From Nageia nagi (taxonomy: Eukaryota; Plantae; Pinophyta), in assembly GCA_050084985.1 (NCBI GenBank), contig JBITNC010000001.1, forward strand, positions 80,414,001 through 80,478,000: a DNA stretch of 64,000 nt, read 5' to 3'. Made by a program: the position numbers and the translations under genes. Positions within the stretch are counted from its first letter, which is position 1, and every line of letters starts with the position of its first letter. This document shows positions 1 to 15,397 of this stretch, piece by piece. The notes below the pieces were generated by a model. It saw nothing but the letters and a program-made list of their open reading frames with translations, searched no databases and was not told the origin of the DNA.

Positions 1-934
1 TAAACACCTAGTATGTAAAAGAAAACTAATTGCACACGTGTGAAATGTTTGAAATCTCAATGAGAGAGAAGATGTGGTAAATGCTAGGCAATAGAGAAAA
101 TGTAGTAAATGCATGATGTGTAACAAATGAAATCAAATGTGCACATGTACTATGTTCAAAATATAGGTAAGAGAGAGAAGATATGATAAATGACAAGCAT
201 TTAACATGTAAATACACCTTACATTTAAACAATAATAAAATGAAGTCGGTGCATGTGCAGTAGGGCCTATGGTAAATGTCATGCATTTACATCGTAGAAC
301 ATGGTAAGCATTTATGACAAGGAATAAAATATCAAATGTTTACTATCATAAATAATGACCAACATTTACAAACCCTACTAGTGATGGAAAATGGTGGACC
401 CTACCATCAAGTTACATGCGAAGGTCCTTTTTCTAACGATGTCAGAGGTACAAGGGGATCGATTTTATAGTAGTATAGACAACTTGAGCCTTAGAGATAG
501 GCATCATATTTGGGTACTAGATAATGAACTTTATGAATTTAATGAGCATTTAAATGTATTATTATAAGGATGATGAAATAGCCTAGATTAATTGATTATA
601 TTTTTTAAGCTTTTAATTTATCTTATAAATTCAAGTTCAATTAAATTCATAATTAATATATTTATATAATTTATTTGTAAGATATATATATATGTTCATA
701 TTGATATTTAGCTATTTTAGATATTTTGAAATTTTTATTCTTTTATTAATTAAATAATAATAATTGAATTTGAAAAGTAAGAAAATTATCTAAAATCCAT
801 TATAGAATTTTATACTTTAATAGTCTTAAAAAATTCTTTCATGTTAATAATTATAAATGTATGATGAGAGTTTAAATATTATAGAGAGGTTTGGTTCATT
901 AGTCAACCAACTTCACTTAAGGAATACCCAAACA

Positions 935-2900
935 TTTTAATAAGGAAAATAATTGATGGAATTGTTCTCATGGATGAAATGTTGCACTTAGTCAAGGTAA
1001 AGAAGGAAGAAACAATGATGTTGAAACTTGATATGGAAATAGCTTACAGTATATTTAAATAGGAGTTCTAAAATTAGGTCCTCCAAATATTTGGATTTGG
1101 GGAAAATTAGATGGAATGGATAGGGGAATGTATTTCTACTTCTCCTTTTTCAATAATAATGAATGGAGAAATAGTTGGCTTCTTTAGATTGGAAAGGAGG
1201 ATTAGGAAAGTTGATAAATCTCACCTTATTTATTTATAATTATAGTTAAAACTTTGGAAAGAGTAATCAAAAAAGCCCATAAGGAGGAAAATATTAAAGT
1301 GATAAGACCAACCAATCAGTACAAGGCCATAACTCACCACCAATTTGTAGATGATACCATATTGGTAGGGAAAACACAAGAGAAGGAAGCCAAACAATTT
1401 AAGAAGATACTAATAGAGTATTAAAAGGCATCACACTAGAGAATCAATGGGCATAAAACCAATTTATACACTTTGAACTCATCTATAAATAAATAATTTA
1501 AGTGGCAAAGATCTTCGGCTATTAGATTTAGGAGCTTCTTGTGAACTATATAGGGATGCTACTTTTTATGGGGAGAATCAAAGTTAAGTACTAGGATGAC
1601 CTACAAGATAATATCAATAGAAGATTTTTGGGATGGAAAGGTAAGACTTTGACTTATGCTTCCAATTTGCTACTAATTAAACATAAATTACAAAGCTTAC
1701 CCATATATAGTTACTTACTTTTTAAGATTCCTGATTCTATTGTGAAAAAGGTAGATAATATTTATAGGATGTTCCTTTTGGATGGAGGAATAAAGGAGAA
1801 AAGTTTCTCCTTAGTGCTATAGAATATAATATATAGGGAAAAAGATAGAGGTGAACTAGGCCTAAGGAGAATGAAGTATTTTAGCCAAGCATTTAGAGGA
1901 AAGATGGTGTGGTAGTTAACAAGAGAAGGAGATAGAGAATGGGTAAAGATCTATAAATTCAATTATCTAGAGAATAGTAACACAATTCTTAGAATAGATA
2001 ATCCTCCTTATGGATCTCCTTTCTAGAACAAAATAATCAACATAAGGTCCATTTTTACAAGGAATATAAAATAGGAAGTAGGAAGGGAAGACTCAACATA
2101 CTTCTAGTAAGATGATTGGGTAAGGGAAAGACCATTGATTAGTTATAAGAGATTAAGAAAAGAAGCAGAATAGGTTATTATAGAATAGGGTGATAAAGTC
2201 AAGGACTTTTATAATAGTTAGATGAGAAGATGGTGATTTAAAAAACCATTGACCAAGGAAGAATAAAAGTAGTTTGAGAATATTATAGAGAAATTAGAGA
2301 AAGGAAATAGGAAGATAAATTAAGGTAAGAATTCTTCAATATGGATTGTATCAAAATATAGAGAATACAATATCAAAGCAACAATGAAAGGGTTGGTAGA
2401 TAATACAAATATTAAATATAAAGATTTATAGAACAAGGTATGGCTAAAAGGCTTGATTCCAAAAATAGCTTTCTTCTTATGGATAACCACTCATAAAAAA
2501 TTAGCTACTATTGATAACCTTCAGAAGAAAGGAATGTAAATCCCAAATAGGTGTAACTTTTATTACAGCAATTTGGAAATACAAGACCAAATTTTCTTAC
2601 ATTGCACCTTTACATCAAGGATATGTAATAGAATTAGAAAGACTTTAAACTACCTAGGAGTAATCTTGAGCAAAGTACATGATCTAATAATTCAATGGCA
2701 TCTACATAAAGGAGATAAAGGAGGGGGAATTATCGAGCTTTATTCTATCCCATACTCTTTGGTAGATATGGAAAGAAATAAATGAGAGAGTTTTTAATAA
2801 CAATAAGAGTGAAGTAGAATATATATGCAGGGTGAGAATGTTGAGAGCATTACAAAACTTTGATACTGGTACTAAAGGTAAGAATGATGAAGAAAGTAAT
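935..2900 (+). pseudogene. Decayed plant L1-type LINE ORF2 (reverse transcriptase + zf-RVT)
   Basis: Manual translation gives IIDGIVLMDEMLH...MMLKLDMEIAY (about 950-1047), HHQFVDDT (about 1335-1358) and a zf-RVT-like KVWLKGLIPKIAFFLW...NRC..QIFLHC (2430-2610). Many stops and frameshifts. Confidence 0.85.
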
Positions 2901-3569
2901 AGACTAATCCATGAGATTAAGGATCAGAATAATAATAATTGATTAGAGAGAATAATTCAAGGAATGGAGTTATTAATTTTATATAAAACCATAAATAAAA
3001 TAAAATGAATGCTAATGTTATCCAAAACAAGAGTGAAGTTGAAGTCACTAAATTTTTAATAGTTCAAAGAGGTAAAGGAAGGGCTATTAGAGATATTATT
3101 GGACAAAACCCAAAGTGACATCAATTGATGCAGAAGAGAATGTATAATATGTTCTTCAATAACCAATACATGAATATGGCCTTCATATTTCCAAAAGACT
3201 AGCATATTATGTATGTGAAGCTAGGCAACTATTTGGTTAAGAAACAACTATAAAGATGTACTATTATACATTATTTTACCTTAGAGAAAGGGTAATAGTA
3301 TGAGATGTTCAAGTCTACTAGTTCCCTTAAGTTTGAGATAGCTAAGATATTTGAGATTGAATAGAATCATAAGTTTCTTTATTGTTCATAATAGGTCTTG
3401 GTGATATACAACCCCACTTTTTATGATCGACGAGAACCTTAAAAAATTTGGAAAGTAGAATGAAGCATACCAAGAAGGTAAAGTCAAGATTTGGTATTTT
3501 GATACCTTTTTCTATATGGAAACCTCATAATATGACCAATGATATATGATGATTAAATAGTATTTAATA

Positions 3570-5560
3570 ATATCTTTTAATACATTTTAAAGTAGTGGCA
3601 TCAGGTTGGTAATTCATATTTCATAATGAATGATCAAGTAGTTGTAACATAGGAGATCCTTTAAAACTCCAAAAAAAAATTATTAATACAAAATTAACCC
3701 TATTAATAAAAAAATAATCTTAATAATCCACTTGTGATGTATTATTTTAAAAAATATTTAAGGTTTCTTTCCTCTATCTTGATTTCAAATTATAACTCCT
3801 CACATATAATTTCTACTTCTCATTTGTATTTAATATTACCAATTGTTCCTCCTCATAAGTCAACTTATCTATTTTTCCCTAAGAATTACTTACTCTCAAT
3901 GGTTAGAGCATGATTCATTTATATAAAAAATGCATACATTTTGCTATCCATGGAATCATATTTGATGATATATGATTTTCTAAAATTTAGTACATTAAAC
4001 ATTTGAATGGAATATGTTACTTTTTTAAGGTATTAATGGCCATAGTAATTATTTTTATTAATCCCAAGTTAATTTGCTTTGTTATATTACAAGTGTTAGA
4101 TTGATTTTTTCATAATCCTTTCAAAATTTTGTATAGTATCTTATAAATTCTAAAAATACCCCACCCCTCCTAATGAATTTTAAAAATATCCATTTTTACA
4201 TCATATAAATTTTCCTAAGATTTGCTTTCACTACTTTTATTATCACAATATGGTCCAAATATATTACTCTTTTTTCTACAAGAAATAACTTCCATTTATT
4301 GATAATAAAAAAATTCTCTTTTTTCCCAAAATGTATGACATGTTTTTCAAAACTACAAATGATCTCCCCAAGTTTTATTATAAATATCTCATCAAAAAAT
4401 ACAAAAATAACTGTCATCACTTATTAGTTGAAAACTAGCCTCACAAGACTCAAAAATACTGATAAGACATAAATAAGTCAAATGGCACTCCATAATTTCT
4501 AAAATATATCTTGGATATATATTTTTATTTTAATCCTGATTTCACAAAATATGAACATCTTAACTTAGTAAAAAATTTAGTTAACATTAATAAAAATACT
4601 TAATGAAAATTTTAGCACCATGTACTTCATATAATAAATCATAAATAAGAAACTAATTAGTAATAATTTCTATATTAAGATCACTAAAATCCCAAACAAT
4701 CTTTCATGGCTTATTATTCCATTTTACTATTATCATTAGACAAGAATATGAGTTGGTTCTTATATATGTAATACCTTGTTATAGTATTTCACCTTCTTAG
4801 AACTAGATTTACTACATGATCATGATTGTTTTACATATGGAAATCCTTTGGGTAGTTGAAATACCTTCTCAAAGTTATTTAGGATTTTTTATATATTAAA
4901 TTGGTTATTTATTATTCCTTGAATTTTGTAGATATATTTGTGGTACCGTTTTCTTCCTTTTTTATTTTATTATATTTATTTTATATAAACTTGAAAACTT
5001 TAAAATATGTTACAAAACCTTTGAATATTTTTGGCATCTTAGTTTGTATTAATTAAATATAGAGATTCTAAGAATTCATGGTAATATTATATAATTAATT
5101 AATCACACTTAATCTCATAATATGCCTACTTTACTAAGTCCATAATATATAAATGATCTGAAAAAGATTATTTTTGGAGTTTGATCATCAGGAGTGAAGA
5201 TGACATCATCACCATTCTTCATGCTCGAGATCAGACATTATCTTGAAACTTGCTAACATGGAACTACTTTAATAAGATCATCAATGATCCTTTTCTTATC
5301 TTCTTCATATAGCTAATGGTCCATTCCCTATAGTGGTTACATTAGAAGTTGAACCTGATGGAGTTATTTCAAAGATTTGAAGAACCTATGTCTTCCATAT
5401 ATTCTTTAAGATACTTAGTTTTATTGTTATTAATAATTAAATATAGGTGAATATGTTATTTATTAGTATTAGGGTTCATTAAAATATGAACCTTAGTAGC
5501 CATATGAGCCAAAATCATAAGATTTTCGTTAAAAAACCATGAATTTGTATCCTATGGTTA
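3570..5560 (-). pseudogene. Highly decayed Ty3/Gypsy pol (protease-RT-RNaseH) remnant
   Basis: ORF 4196-4420 VIFVFFDEIFI...VIYLDHIV..KVVKANLRKI matches the Gypsy RT pattern (VFFDDILI...YLGHIVS..GVKVDP.KI). Ends are approximate. Confidence 0.65.
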
Positions 5561-7151
5561 TTCAATCAAAATATTGTTCTACATTTGTTGGTCAAAGTTT
5601 ATTTTGGATTGCTTATGATAATTTTCTATATGAGACTGAGTAAACATTTGAGCTACTATCATAAGAGTTCCATTAAAAAACCATGAAATTGGATTTTATG
5701 CTTATTCAATCTCAATAGTATTCTTCTTCATGATGAAGACATTCATGTGAGAGAGACCAAACATATTGATGGTTATTGTTGAATCCTATGGGCAAAGTTT
5801 ATATGTATATCACTACAAAACATGGCATGTAAGGGATTTTTATTTAAGTTCATCTTTGATATTATGTATTTTAAATATAGAAAATTTAGTTTTGTTGTGT
5901 AACTAAGTCATTTCATATCTTATTTCAAATTAATTCTTCAACTTCCTAAATCAAGATTGTAAATAGTATGGTGTATAGTAGATATAGATTTCAGCATTAT
6001 TATTATTATAGAGTCTTATTGTTGTAGTGGTTCTTTTGGAGATTGAATATTAGAATTGTTATTCTCCATTATTTTTTGGTTAATTGTATGTTGTTTTGCT
6101 CCTATATTGTGATATTTATTTATTTAAGTTATAAAACTTTAGTTATATGCATGCATAGTTTTGTACCCTAAAATATATAGATTATTGCATATTCAAATAT
6201 GATTTTTAGGAAAAATAGAGGCCATAAAAATTAGGTTCAACCAACCCTAGTTTATTTTGCATGAAAAATCATTTTACTCTTTCTCCTATAGAAATTCATG
6301 AATAAAGTGATCCCATATTATCAAAAATATTTTTGATCATATTAAAGTCACTACAAAAAAGCCAAATTGTTGGTGATAGCTCAAAAGTACACCAATGCCA
6401 AAGCTTGCATTTTTTTAGAGCATCATTGGATGTGTAAACATTAATAATGCCAAAGATATTCCTATAAGTTTTATAATAACCTAGATCACTTGATTATTTG
6501 GATCCACACCCCAAGATATAATATGATTGAGCCATGTAGGAGCTATGAATGTGATTACTCCTCCTCCCCCATGCAAGTAATTTATCATTAAAAAATTGAC
6601 TATGAGGCTACAAGAAGCCACACATACTCTAAAGAGTAAAAATTTTCACCTTCATTTCTTGTAGATAGAGAATTACATAGGGTTAAATGGGTTAATAAAG
6701 TAAAAAATCTCTTTTTATACCAAATGTTTTTGAACTAGATCCATCAGTCCTCTAATATTCCAAGATAAAAAAAATCATGAGGAACTATCTATAAGCATAA
6801 CTCATAAACTCTCAAATATTTTACATCCCCAAGGTCATTTAGAGTTTCAAAGATGTTGTTAACAAAATATTCATGGTTTTCTCTCAAAAAAATTGCTTCT
6901 AAATATTTATCTTGTTTCTCAAAGAAGACACCATGGTCAAGGCTATAAGATCTCCAACCTTAGGACTATGAATTATCCTTCTAAGAGGGGTTTGAAAGAA
7001 CTTAAATCCCAAAAACCTTGAGAGAGGGGATCAAGGATACCACAAAGGAGGGATTCCTTAGGTATTGACATAGATTTAAGAGCTACATGCATGGAAAATT
7101 AGAATTTAATGAAAGTTTGTGAAGAACTACCTGAAGTAGAACTAGGACCAA

Positions 7152-7152
<1 letters not shown>

Positions 7153-7188
<36 letters not shown>

Positions 7189-7251
7189 GTTGTTGTTGTT
7201 GTTGTTATTATTATTATTATTATATTTGTTATTGTTATTATTATTGTTATT
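7153..7251. repeat. (TTA)n/(TTG)n compound microsatellite
   Basis: Seen directly; explains the poly-Leu ORF 7109-7309. Confidence 0.97.
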
Positions 7252-7838
7252 AGAGAAAATATCTAAAATACCCTTGTCAACTTATGAATATCATTTTATC
7301 CTCCAATGAAAACATGCCATAATAGTACACCACAACAGTATGAATGGGAGCATTTGGACTAGAGAATCATCCATGTGTGAGTGTATTTTTTTTGAAAACA
7401 TCACATGAAATCAATAGAAAAAAATCAGATATCCTTACCAATCCCCAGTAAGATTTACTAAATGTCATAAACTATGCCTTCAAGCTTCTAGATTCAATAG
7501 AAAATACCATAATCCTATAATTTAAAAAAATGAAAGAGATGAGGAACTTTATAATTATAGAAGACAACTCGCTGGCCAAGGGAAGAGAATGTGAGGTCCA
7601 AACAAAATTGGGTCATTCAAATCCAACACCTCAAGCACTTGTTTATTTATTTTTATTTGCAAATCCAATAGAGAATACAACCAAATGCTTCAATTATAGT
7701 GAATCTCATAAAATTTGAACATCAATATTTCATGTAGGATTTGATTTTCTCCTTCAATAGTTTATCAAGTAGAAGCACCAGTTTCAATAGAAGCACTTAG
7801 CATCATAGTCACTAGTGATGGGAAAATAACTAAAGTAG

Positions 7839-7942
7839 TGAAACCATCATCTCACCTAGCCAAGGATTCTATTTTTACATGGGGTGCCATTGAAACCATC
7901 ATCTCACATAGCCAAAGATTCTATTTTTACCTAGGTTGTCAT
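7839..7942. repeat. Two-copy 52-bp tandem duplication
   Basis: tgaaaccatcatctcac(c/a)tagccaa(g/a)gattctatttttac starts at 7839 and again at 7891. Confidence 0.9.
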
Positions 7943-8142
7943 CTTTTCCCTAATAGTAGGGAGATAGCAGATTGAGTTATAGAACCAACTGATCGAGTTC
8001 ACCCAATTTTGAAAAAGAGTTGATGAAAATCATATTAGTATCATTTTGTGATAAATTGGTGAGAGAATATTAGATATTTTTGAAAATATAGGGATATTTT
8101 TGTTATTAGATGGAATTATAGGGGTATTTTAGATATTTTCCC

Positions 8143-8392
8143 TTATTATTATTGTTGTTGTTATTATTGTTGTTATTATTATTATTGTTATTAATCTTCT
8201 TCTTCTTGTTGTTGTTGTTATTATTGTTGTTGTTATTGTTATTGTTATTGTTATTATTTTTGTTGTTGTTATTGTTGTTGTTGTTGTTAGTATTGTTATT
8301 ATTATTATTAGTAGTAGTAGTAGTAGTATTAGTAGTAGTAGTAGTAGTAGTAATAGTGGTATTAGTAGTATTATTATTACTATTATTTTTAC
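8143..8392. repeat. (TTA/TTG/TTC/TAG)n compound microsatellite
   Basis: Seen directly; explains the low-complexity ORFs at 8106-8427. Confidence 0.97.
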
Positions 8393-9892
8393 TATACCCA
8401 CTTGTGATCAATCTTGACCACTTTTAAGTGATAATAGTTAAAAGACATGGTCATTTGAGCTAGTGGAGCTAGAATTTTGGACTTAAACTTACCTTACATC
8501 AATGGGTAATCCTTGATTTTATGTATAAAAGATTATAACTAATAACAAGTATTAGGAAGATTGATATAGATAACCCTCTATTGAATCATTTAGTATCCTA
8601 CTTAGATATCATTATGTTATTTGATGTGTCTAGAGAGGTCAACCTTGATATAGTAGCAATAATAAGAATAGATAACATAAAATTTATTTGGTTATTAATA
8701 AACAAACTAGCAAAGTGAAAGAGAAAAAATCCCTTAGTAAGGTTTTGGAATCCATCAACATTGATTCCATGGGAATGCCAAATTTGTTGAGTCCAACTCT
8801 CAATGGTGGAATCATGTGGGATTTGACCCAAGACATACCCAACAATTGTATGAATTTCAAAGCAATGACATACACTATTAAACTCACTTGATGGAATCAT
8901 AATATCATGATGAATTTATACATTTTCTTGCTCACTTTTGGTACTATTGATACCTCCTACAATTTTAGTAAATGTTGAAGTTATAGAATAAGTGCCCTCC
9001 ATCTTAAAATTAAGATAATGAACCCACATAGGGAAAAGTAGATTTGAAGTTTATACCAATAAGTGATGACTAAAATGAAAATTCCTACTCAATTTCTAAG
9101 AGGAAAGTTGATGTGATGGTTAGATAAGGCCAAAACCCTAAACATTCAATTTTGGATTCCACTTTAGCTCTTCATTTTTTCTCTCAATCCAAAAATTTAA
9201 ATATCTAAAATTTTCCCTACTTAATATTATAATATTATATAGGAGTAACATAAAAAATATGACAAGAAAAGGAAATGGGTCCCATGGCGAATATGAGCGG
9301 AAGAGTGCAATGTTTGTAATGGTTAAGGAGAAATATCCAAATCCTAATTTCAAAAAAATATCATATACAATGTTGGGAATGGAGCTTTATTCTTAGGATA
9401 AGTGTAATTTTTATGCTCTTTATTTTCTAATTAGTATCCATAGGGTCAATCTACAAGATCAATTAGCTAGTAAGAGGATGATAATCACAATCATCTAATC
9501 GATTAACAATCATTTGATCCATCATGTTTTAGGAAAAATAGATAGTATAATTTGTTGCATTTATAGTTGACCCTAAGGTGAATGATATGGTATTGAAATC
9601 GATCTAATGATGTCCAATTACATTTCCAAAAGGCATAAAATCTCTATATTGAGTATGCTAACTCACTCTTGCTTTGTTCTATGTTTAGAACTAAAGTACC
9701 CTTTTGATTGAAGATATATTGCATATTTTTCTACTCTAGTAAGGATTAGAAATAGGATTGTAATGGTTTAATATAAATCCATGGATTTCATCGTAATTGA
9801 TTGATGATTTTGAAAGAGTTTGAAAGAGAGATCAAGTTTTGTATTGAGAGGATTATTTTGAACCAAAGAGAAGGTTATAATGGAATTTGATT

Positions 9893-10978
9893 GTATATCT
9901 TTTTTTCACTTTATTTACATCCTTTTTTTGCATTAAAACATAGAGCAATGTTTTTACAATTTAGACACTAAAAATCGATGTAAATTCTGATGCATTTCAC
10001 CCAAGAGTTTTTACATTATATTTTGCATCAGATTGTAAATTTTTGTATCATATTTTATGTCATATTATTAGTTTTTGCATCATATTTTATATCAATTTTT
10101 ACAAGTGGATGTTATGAAATTGTATATATTTTAATTATGTGCAATCTAAACAAAATAGGCTCAAAATGGTATCAATATAAAAAGTCATTTTTATTAAAAT
10201 AATCACTCAATTTTAGATCCACTTCTATGATTTAGTTTGTATCTTAGAGTTCCTTTTTTAATATGTCTTTATGGTAATAACATTGGTTCCTTAAACTAGT
10301 TCATGAATGGGGTTAGTGGTTAAAGTTTTTAAAACTTGAATTATTATATATATATATTCCAAAATAATATAGTAAATATTTTGATGTTACTATCCATTTC
10401 TTATCACCTTCATCTTTGGGTAATTTCTTATCAATCTTTGAAGAAGTTTTCTTTTCTACAACCAGATATTTCTCTACCATTGGTTTCTTCTTTATGATCT
10501 TCTCTATCTTGGGAACCTTGGCTACAATCAAAACCTAAAATCTAAGGAATTCAAATATAAATAAAGACCTAAGAAAATAAATTATCTAAATCCTATGAAA
10601 TGTCAAAAACACAGGGAGGGTTTATTGATATATAATTTGAAGAAGATATTTAGCTATTAGATAATCACTTTTAGTATGGATGGAGGAAAAAGTAAATGTG
10701 ATTCATCAATTGGTGGATTGATGAACATGTTAAATGTATTTTAATTTTTGCCAATGAAATGTGATGAAACTTTAAGTCAAAATTTGCATTGATTTTTGTG
10801 TCAAACTTTGAGTCAAATTTTGCATTGCATTTTGCATTAGAATTTGTATTGAAATGTACAAAAAATAATAATAAAAAATCATTACAAGGTGATGCATTCT
10901 AACATAATTTGCATTGGTGTATTTAAAAATATTTTTGTGATGAAAAAAATGATGCAAATAATCCTTTTCCTAATAGTG
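9893..10978. mobile_element. Non-autonomous CACTA-like insertion in the 5' LTR of element B
   Basis: Absent from the 3' LTR. The right end cctaatagtg is the reverse complement of CACTATTAGG. Subterminal (t)ttgcat repeats occur near both ends. The left CACTA terminus is lost. Confidence 0.5.
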
Positions 10979-11239
10979 TTTGGAACTAATAGTGATAAAG
11001 GACTAAAAACTTCTCTATGGATGTAGCCTACACTAGGTGAACTACATTAAAAATTATCTCTCCTTTGTGTGATTGTTTATGATTATTTTATTTGCTTGTT
11101 AAAATTCTTTTGTAAAGTAGTAGAGTTTGAATTGCTCAAATTTATTTATATATAGTGGATCCTAAAAAGTGGTATCAAAGTTATTTTATTTGGTAGGAAC
11201 TTGATAGATTGGTTGTGTGTGGTTCTAGATCAAGTAGGA

Positions 11240-11985
11240 GTAATGGTAGAAGAAGGAAGATTGAGAGCTATTATATAGAAAGGCTTTAGTTATGATGAGA
11301 TTATGATTAGGTGCAACTATAGCCTTCAATATATCAAATGAAAATACTACCAAGGGATTCATGGATAAAATGTCCAAGATGTATGAAAACCCCTTAGTCT
11401 CAAATAAGGTATTTTTAATGAGAAACTTATTTAAAATGAAAATAGGTAAAGGTGGATATGTTCCAAATCATGTGAATAGTTTTAACTATATTACTAATAA
11501 ATTGCATTTAGTTGGTATCAAATTTGATGATGATATCAGGGTATTATTGATCTTATGTTCACTATTGGATAGTTGGAATAGTCTAATCATGGTGATAAGT
11601 AATTCTACTTCAAGAGATAATAATTTAGTTTTTGAATATGTGGGTTGTATTAATCTTAGTGAGGAAATGAGGAGGAAATCCACAAGAGAAAACTATAGCA
11701 CAACTCTAATGGTTGAAAATAGAGGAAGATCAAGAGAAATAGGAGACTTAACAAAGGGAAAAATCCAAAGGAATATCCAAATCAAGAAGTAAATGAAACT
11801 TAGAGTATTGGTATTGTGGGAAAATGGGCCATCTCAAGGAGTATTGGTTAAGAGAGGGTAATGGAAAGCAAGACAATGAAAATAAATGTAACAATCAATA
11901 AGTGAATATTATTGAAGGAATTCTACAACATGAACTTATTTTGTCTCTTGATATGAATTATGATTATTGGATAATTGACTTTGGT
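11240..11985 (+). pseudogene. Copia B gag remnant (UBN2 + zinc knuckle) up to the protease WIID.G motif
   Basis: ORF 11361-11792 (MYENP..SNKVFLMRNLF..K...LLILCSLLDSW...LSEEMRRKS); YWYCGKMGHLK at about 11806-11838. Confidence 0.9.
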
Positions 11986-14900
11986 TGTAATGACCCTCCC
12001 TATGTGTACTTTGTGCGACCCTACTTTGGAAGGAATGCTTAATAGAAATTTGAATTATCTATGCCACTTGATGGATTTTATATGGATATGTATGATTCTT
12101 TTATTAGGTTGATACTAGCTTCAATAATTGTTTCAATATAGATTACATGTTGACTTAGTGAGAGAGTCAGTTGGAGATCAAAGGAATAAAGGATGAGTTG
12201 GTCATAGAAAACTAACAGGTAGGAAATAGGAGATGATTAGTAATTGAATTATTGATAGCCCATAGGGGCTATAATAAATCATGTAGTTGCATCTCATTTA
12301 TTTTTATTGCATGGGTATCAACCCCTATGATGATTATTTGCACTAATAATTTTAACCTGTAGGACATACAATGCTCTTTAGATAATAATGTACGTGTAAG
12401 TATTTTAGTAGTTTATTTAAAAATAATAAAGAAAAATAAAATACATATATACCTATACTAAGTTACAAAATTATTTTGACACCTTAGAAATTATTATTTA
12501 CCCTTAATAAAATTTAGGTATCTTCTGAAAAAAATATTACCTCTTTGGTAAAGTGACAAAACTTATTGAAAGGCTATCCTATAGCCTAAAAATCAAAAAT
12601 AAACCTTATAGGTTTATAATGTATACCTTACCTCAAATTATTTATATAAAACATAAGGTGGATTGAATTATTAAATACTATTTGAACCTTAACCCAAAAA
12701 AACAAAAAAAATTAAGTGGAAGAATTATAAGGTCCCTCATGTGTTCAATAGTTTACCTCCCAAACAAAAATATATATGAAGAAAGCTAGACTATAGAATA
12801 GTCATCTATTTGACCTTTTGTTCACATTTTTTCATTATAAAAAGATGCCATGAGGAATGAAAAGAACATAAGGTCCTACGTAAAAGAATTGGTGGAAGGG
12901 GGATCAAGTGGAAGTAATCTTCATTTTTCAAATGCTTTTCTTCTATTTTAACATATTTATCTTAAACTTTTAATTTTTCTAATATAACCTCATTTTATAT
13001 GTAATGGTACAATATGTTCTTTTATTTTCCTAGACATATTAGTGATAAGAAGTATATTTTACTACATAAAAGGGATGTATAATGATATTCATATCCAAGA
13101 TATAGATTTCTCCTATGAGAAGAAATACTAATTTGTATTTGAAGTGTCTTTTAGTGTTTGTCATTATGCATAAGTATATGGTATCACCACTACTTCTTGA
13201 TTTTATTTCAATCATTAGTAATAAGGACATTAGCCTACAATTAGTATTATAAAGAAATTAAGATGAGAAGAGGAAATTGGAGTAGCATGTAGTAAGTTTT
13301 TTCTATCTTGTGTCACACCACCAACTCTCTTGAAGACTATGCAAGATTTAGGTTGTTCATATCCTTATTGATTTTTACATTTAGTCCATGTAGGGAAAAT
13401 CTATGTGTTTTATTATACCTCAAACTCATTCTACAACTTCACATGTTAAAGCTGTAGGAGTGATAAATGGCACCCATAGTGAAGGATCCCTAGATGTTTA
13501 TCACTAAGATGTACAATGAGGTAATACTTCTCCTAATATTATAATTCATTTGATGATTTTCATCATGCTTATTCTTGGCTTGAGTCTCATACCCTCATTA
13601 GGTATTTCTTGGGTCACATTCCATTAGATGCAAGTCTTAAATCTTGGATTGATCAATACTGGTATCTTTATGGCATTCAAGTTGATTATGTCTAGAACCT
13701 TACCAAAGGTTTCTTTCATTTTCAATTTTACAACCCTGAATAGGCAAAAAAATTTCTTGATAAAGGTTCAAGCTATATTCATAGAATCCTTTTGATCTTT
13801 TAACCTTAGAGTAGGGTTTTTTCAGTTAATGATTCTATTTTTTTAGTTTTCCTAGTGTGTATTGAGTTCCTAGGTATACCTCTTACCATTTGGCTTTTCT
13901 TATGACCACTTGTTACTCAGATTGGCAAGTTTGTGTGTAATGAAGCTATTATGTTCTATTCTACTCATCCATATAAAAGGATGTATGTTAAGGTCAACCT
14001 TGAAAAGCATTTGAAAGAATATATTGATCTTCAAGTTGTTTATACCCTACTTCATTAGAGGGTTATTTATGTTAATCTCTTGAAAACTTATTATTGGTAT
14101 TAATCAAGTACCCATAGAATCAAGGATTATCTACTTATGGAAGATAAGTTTAAGTATAAACCAATCTTCCCTACTACTCTAGCTCCTTCTCAGGCTTAAC
14201 CCATAAAGGGTTCTTAGGAAGAGTCACTAATGGTACCTCAATGTAAGGGAAAAGGTACTAAATCAATTAATTCTAGGAAGCCATTTACAAGACACAATCA
14301 GGCCATAACTCTCAAACAAACACTAGAAATTAAATCTCCTCCTCCTCCCACACTTTAGAGGATTAAGGATTCAAGGGATTATTCAAAGTAGGATGGTTTT
14401 CCTTTAGTTTCTACAATTATTCAAAAGTTATAAAAAGCAAAGGGGTTCACACTTGAGTACCATGTTGAAATTACCATATCCCACCATAATGAAATTCGAT
14501 GTTACACATGGATAAATAACATAATACTAGTCCCCTAAATAAAGGGTAGGAAAGTTTTTTTAATAACTCTTTTCTCTAGTCTCTTTCTAATTCAAAACTA
14601 GATGTTGATGCTTAGGGAGGTATGATCTTGTACATTCCTAAATGAATTTATTTTCTTGGAATATTTTAGAACTGATGGATCTAGTTTGACATTACATGGT
14701 CTGAGAAGAGATGTTTTCATATTTTAGATGTATGGTTACCTTGATTTTGTGTCTAAGAAGTTAAAATGGTTGACTTCATTTTGTAGTCAATATGTACTTC
14801 CATTTGGCAAAGAAGCCAAGTGCATACCATGAATCACCTTTATGGGAGTGGTGGCATCACCATGTTATTAGGAATCAAATGGAATAATAAGTTCATTTTA

Positions 14901-15397
14901 TGGGGTATTGATCTTAATCATCATGTTATGTGGATATTGCTTGAATTTGAAGAGATATCTTTCAGAATTATTAATGTTTATGCATCGAATGATGCCCAAA
15001 AAAGATGTACATTATGTCAATGGTGTGCACTATCACTTCCACCAATAGTTTGACTTATGTGTGGAGGTTTTAATATGGTGTAAAAGGCATATGAAAAGAT
15101 CATCTCCACTACTAATAATTGGGCCCTTGGGGATTGAGAGTCATGGTTCTTTATGAAATACAAGTTAGGGTTGGTAGACCTTGATTTCAACTTTAATGTA
15201 GATGTTTTATTGGATTATCTTTGGCATACATGGTCCAAATTTCAAGTTATCCATGCATAAGTTATCAAACAACTTGACTATGCTATGCTTCTCAACCACC
15301 AAGAATTTGCCTTTTCTTGGTCAATGCCCTTATCCCTATTTATGGAAATAATTTTGAACCTCACCTTGTCTAGTGATACAAGGTGGATAGATTGGTG

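Larger units (their letters stand above)
6230..8960 (-). mobile_element. Deleted, decayed LINE; ORF1 (DUF4283-like) at about 8420-8930, related to the LINE at 13261-27358
   Basis: ORF 8598-8900 (HTIVGYVLGQIP...ESWTQQIW..HGINVD..QNLTKGFFLFHF) matches the ORF1 remnant at about 13580-13730. A YLGIP-like RT C-terminal remnant lies near 7045-7070. Extent uncertain. Confidence 0.55.

Noticed and set aside
7810-7958. Miniature CACTA element (cactagtgatgggaaaa...ttttccctaatagtag), with a similar word at about 375
   Set aside because: Termini match imperfectly and there is no clear 3-bp TSD.
7109-8427. Poly-Leu/Asn/Ile ORFs
   Set aside because: They are translations of trinucleotide microsatellites.
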